A stretch of DNA of 64,000 bases from Octopus vulgaris (lineage: Eukaryota): NCBI GenBank assembly GCA_951406725.2, contig OX597832.1, forward strand, positions 52,514,001 to 52,578,000, read 5' to 3'. The notes under the pieces were generated by a model. It saw only the letters and a list, made by a program, of their open reading frames with translations. It was not told the DNA's origin and ran no database searches. Both the position numbers and the translations under genes were made by a program. Positions 63,861 through 64,000 of the stretch are shown here, one piece after another. Position 1 is the stretch's first letter, and each line of letters begins with the position of its first letter.

Positions 63861-64000
63861 CGGATAAATAATATATAACTGTTCTCTTACATAGTTACAT
63901 CTAATTTGCATGCTTCCTGTTTCTTTCGTTTTGAGATTCATTTATCTTACCATATTTTCTGGCATACAAGTCAACTTAGTATACAGAATAAACATGTAGT

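Overview
AT-rich, repeat-dense eukaryotic DNA, most likely an octopus or other coleoid cephalopod (inferred from the tRNA-headed SINE families and abundant (TA)n/(CA)n/(GAT)n microsatellites). Almost all ORFs in the supplied track come from microsatellites, SINEs or decayed transposons. Only one host coding exon is clear: the first coding exon of a GDP-L-fucose synthase (GFUS/TSTA3) on the minus strand at 938-1080. A divergent plus-strand gene with very long introns probably starts near 25.5 kb, with two candidate alternative first exons that both end in a phase-1 donor. The rest is SINEs, decayed RTE/CR1/L2-type LINEs, mariner remnants, MITEs and non-autonomous Helitrons. The most notable signal is about ten type I hammerhead ribozyme motifs from several unrelated short elements, mostly set in microsatellites. 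They include an intact ribozyme in a 430-bp terminally redundant unit, two fold-back junctions placed exactly on ribozyme helices, and two elements where a tRNA-like Pol III head precedes the ribozyme. Structures were paired by eye; no folding or database search was run.
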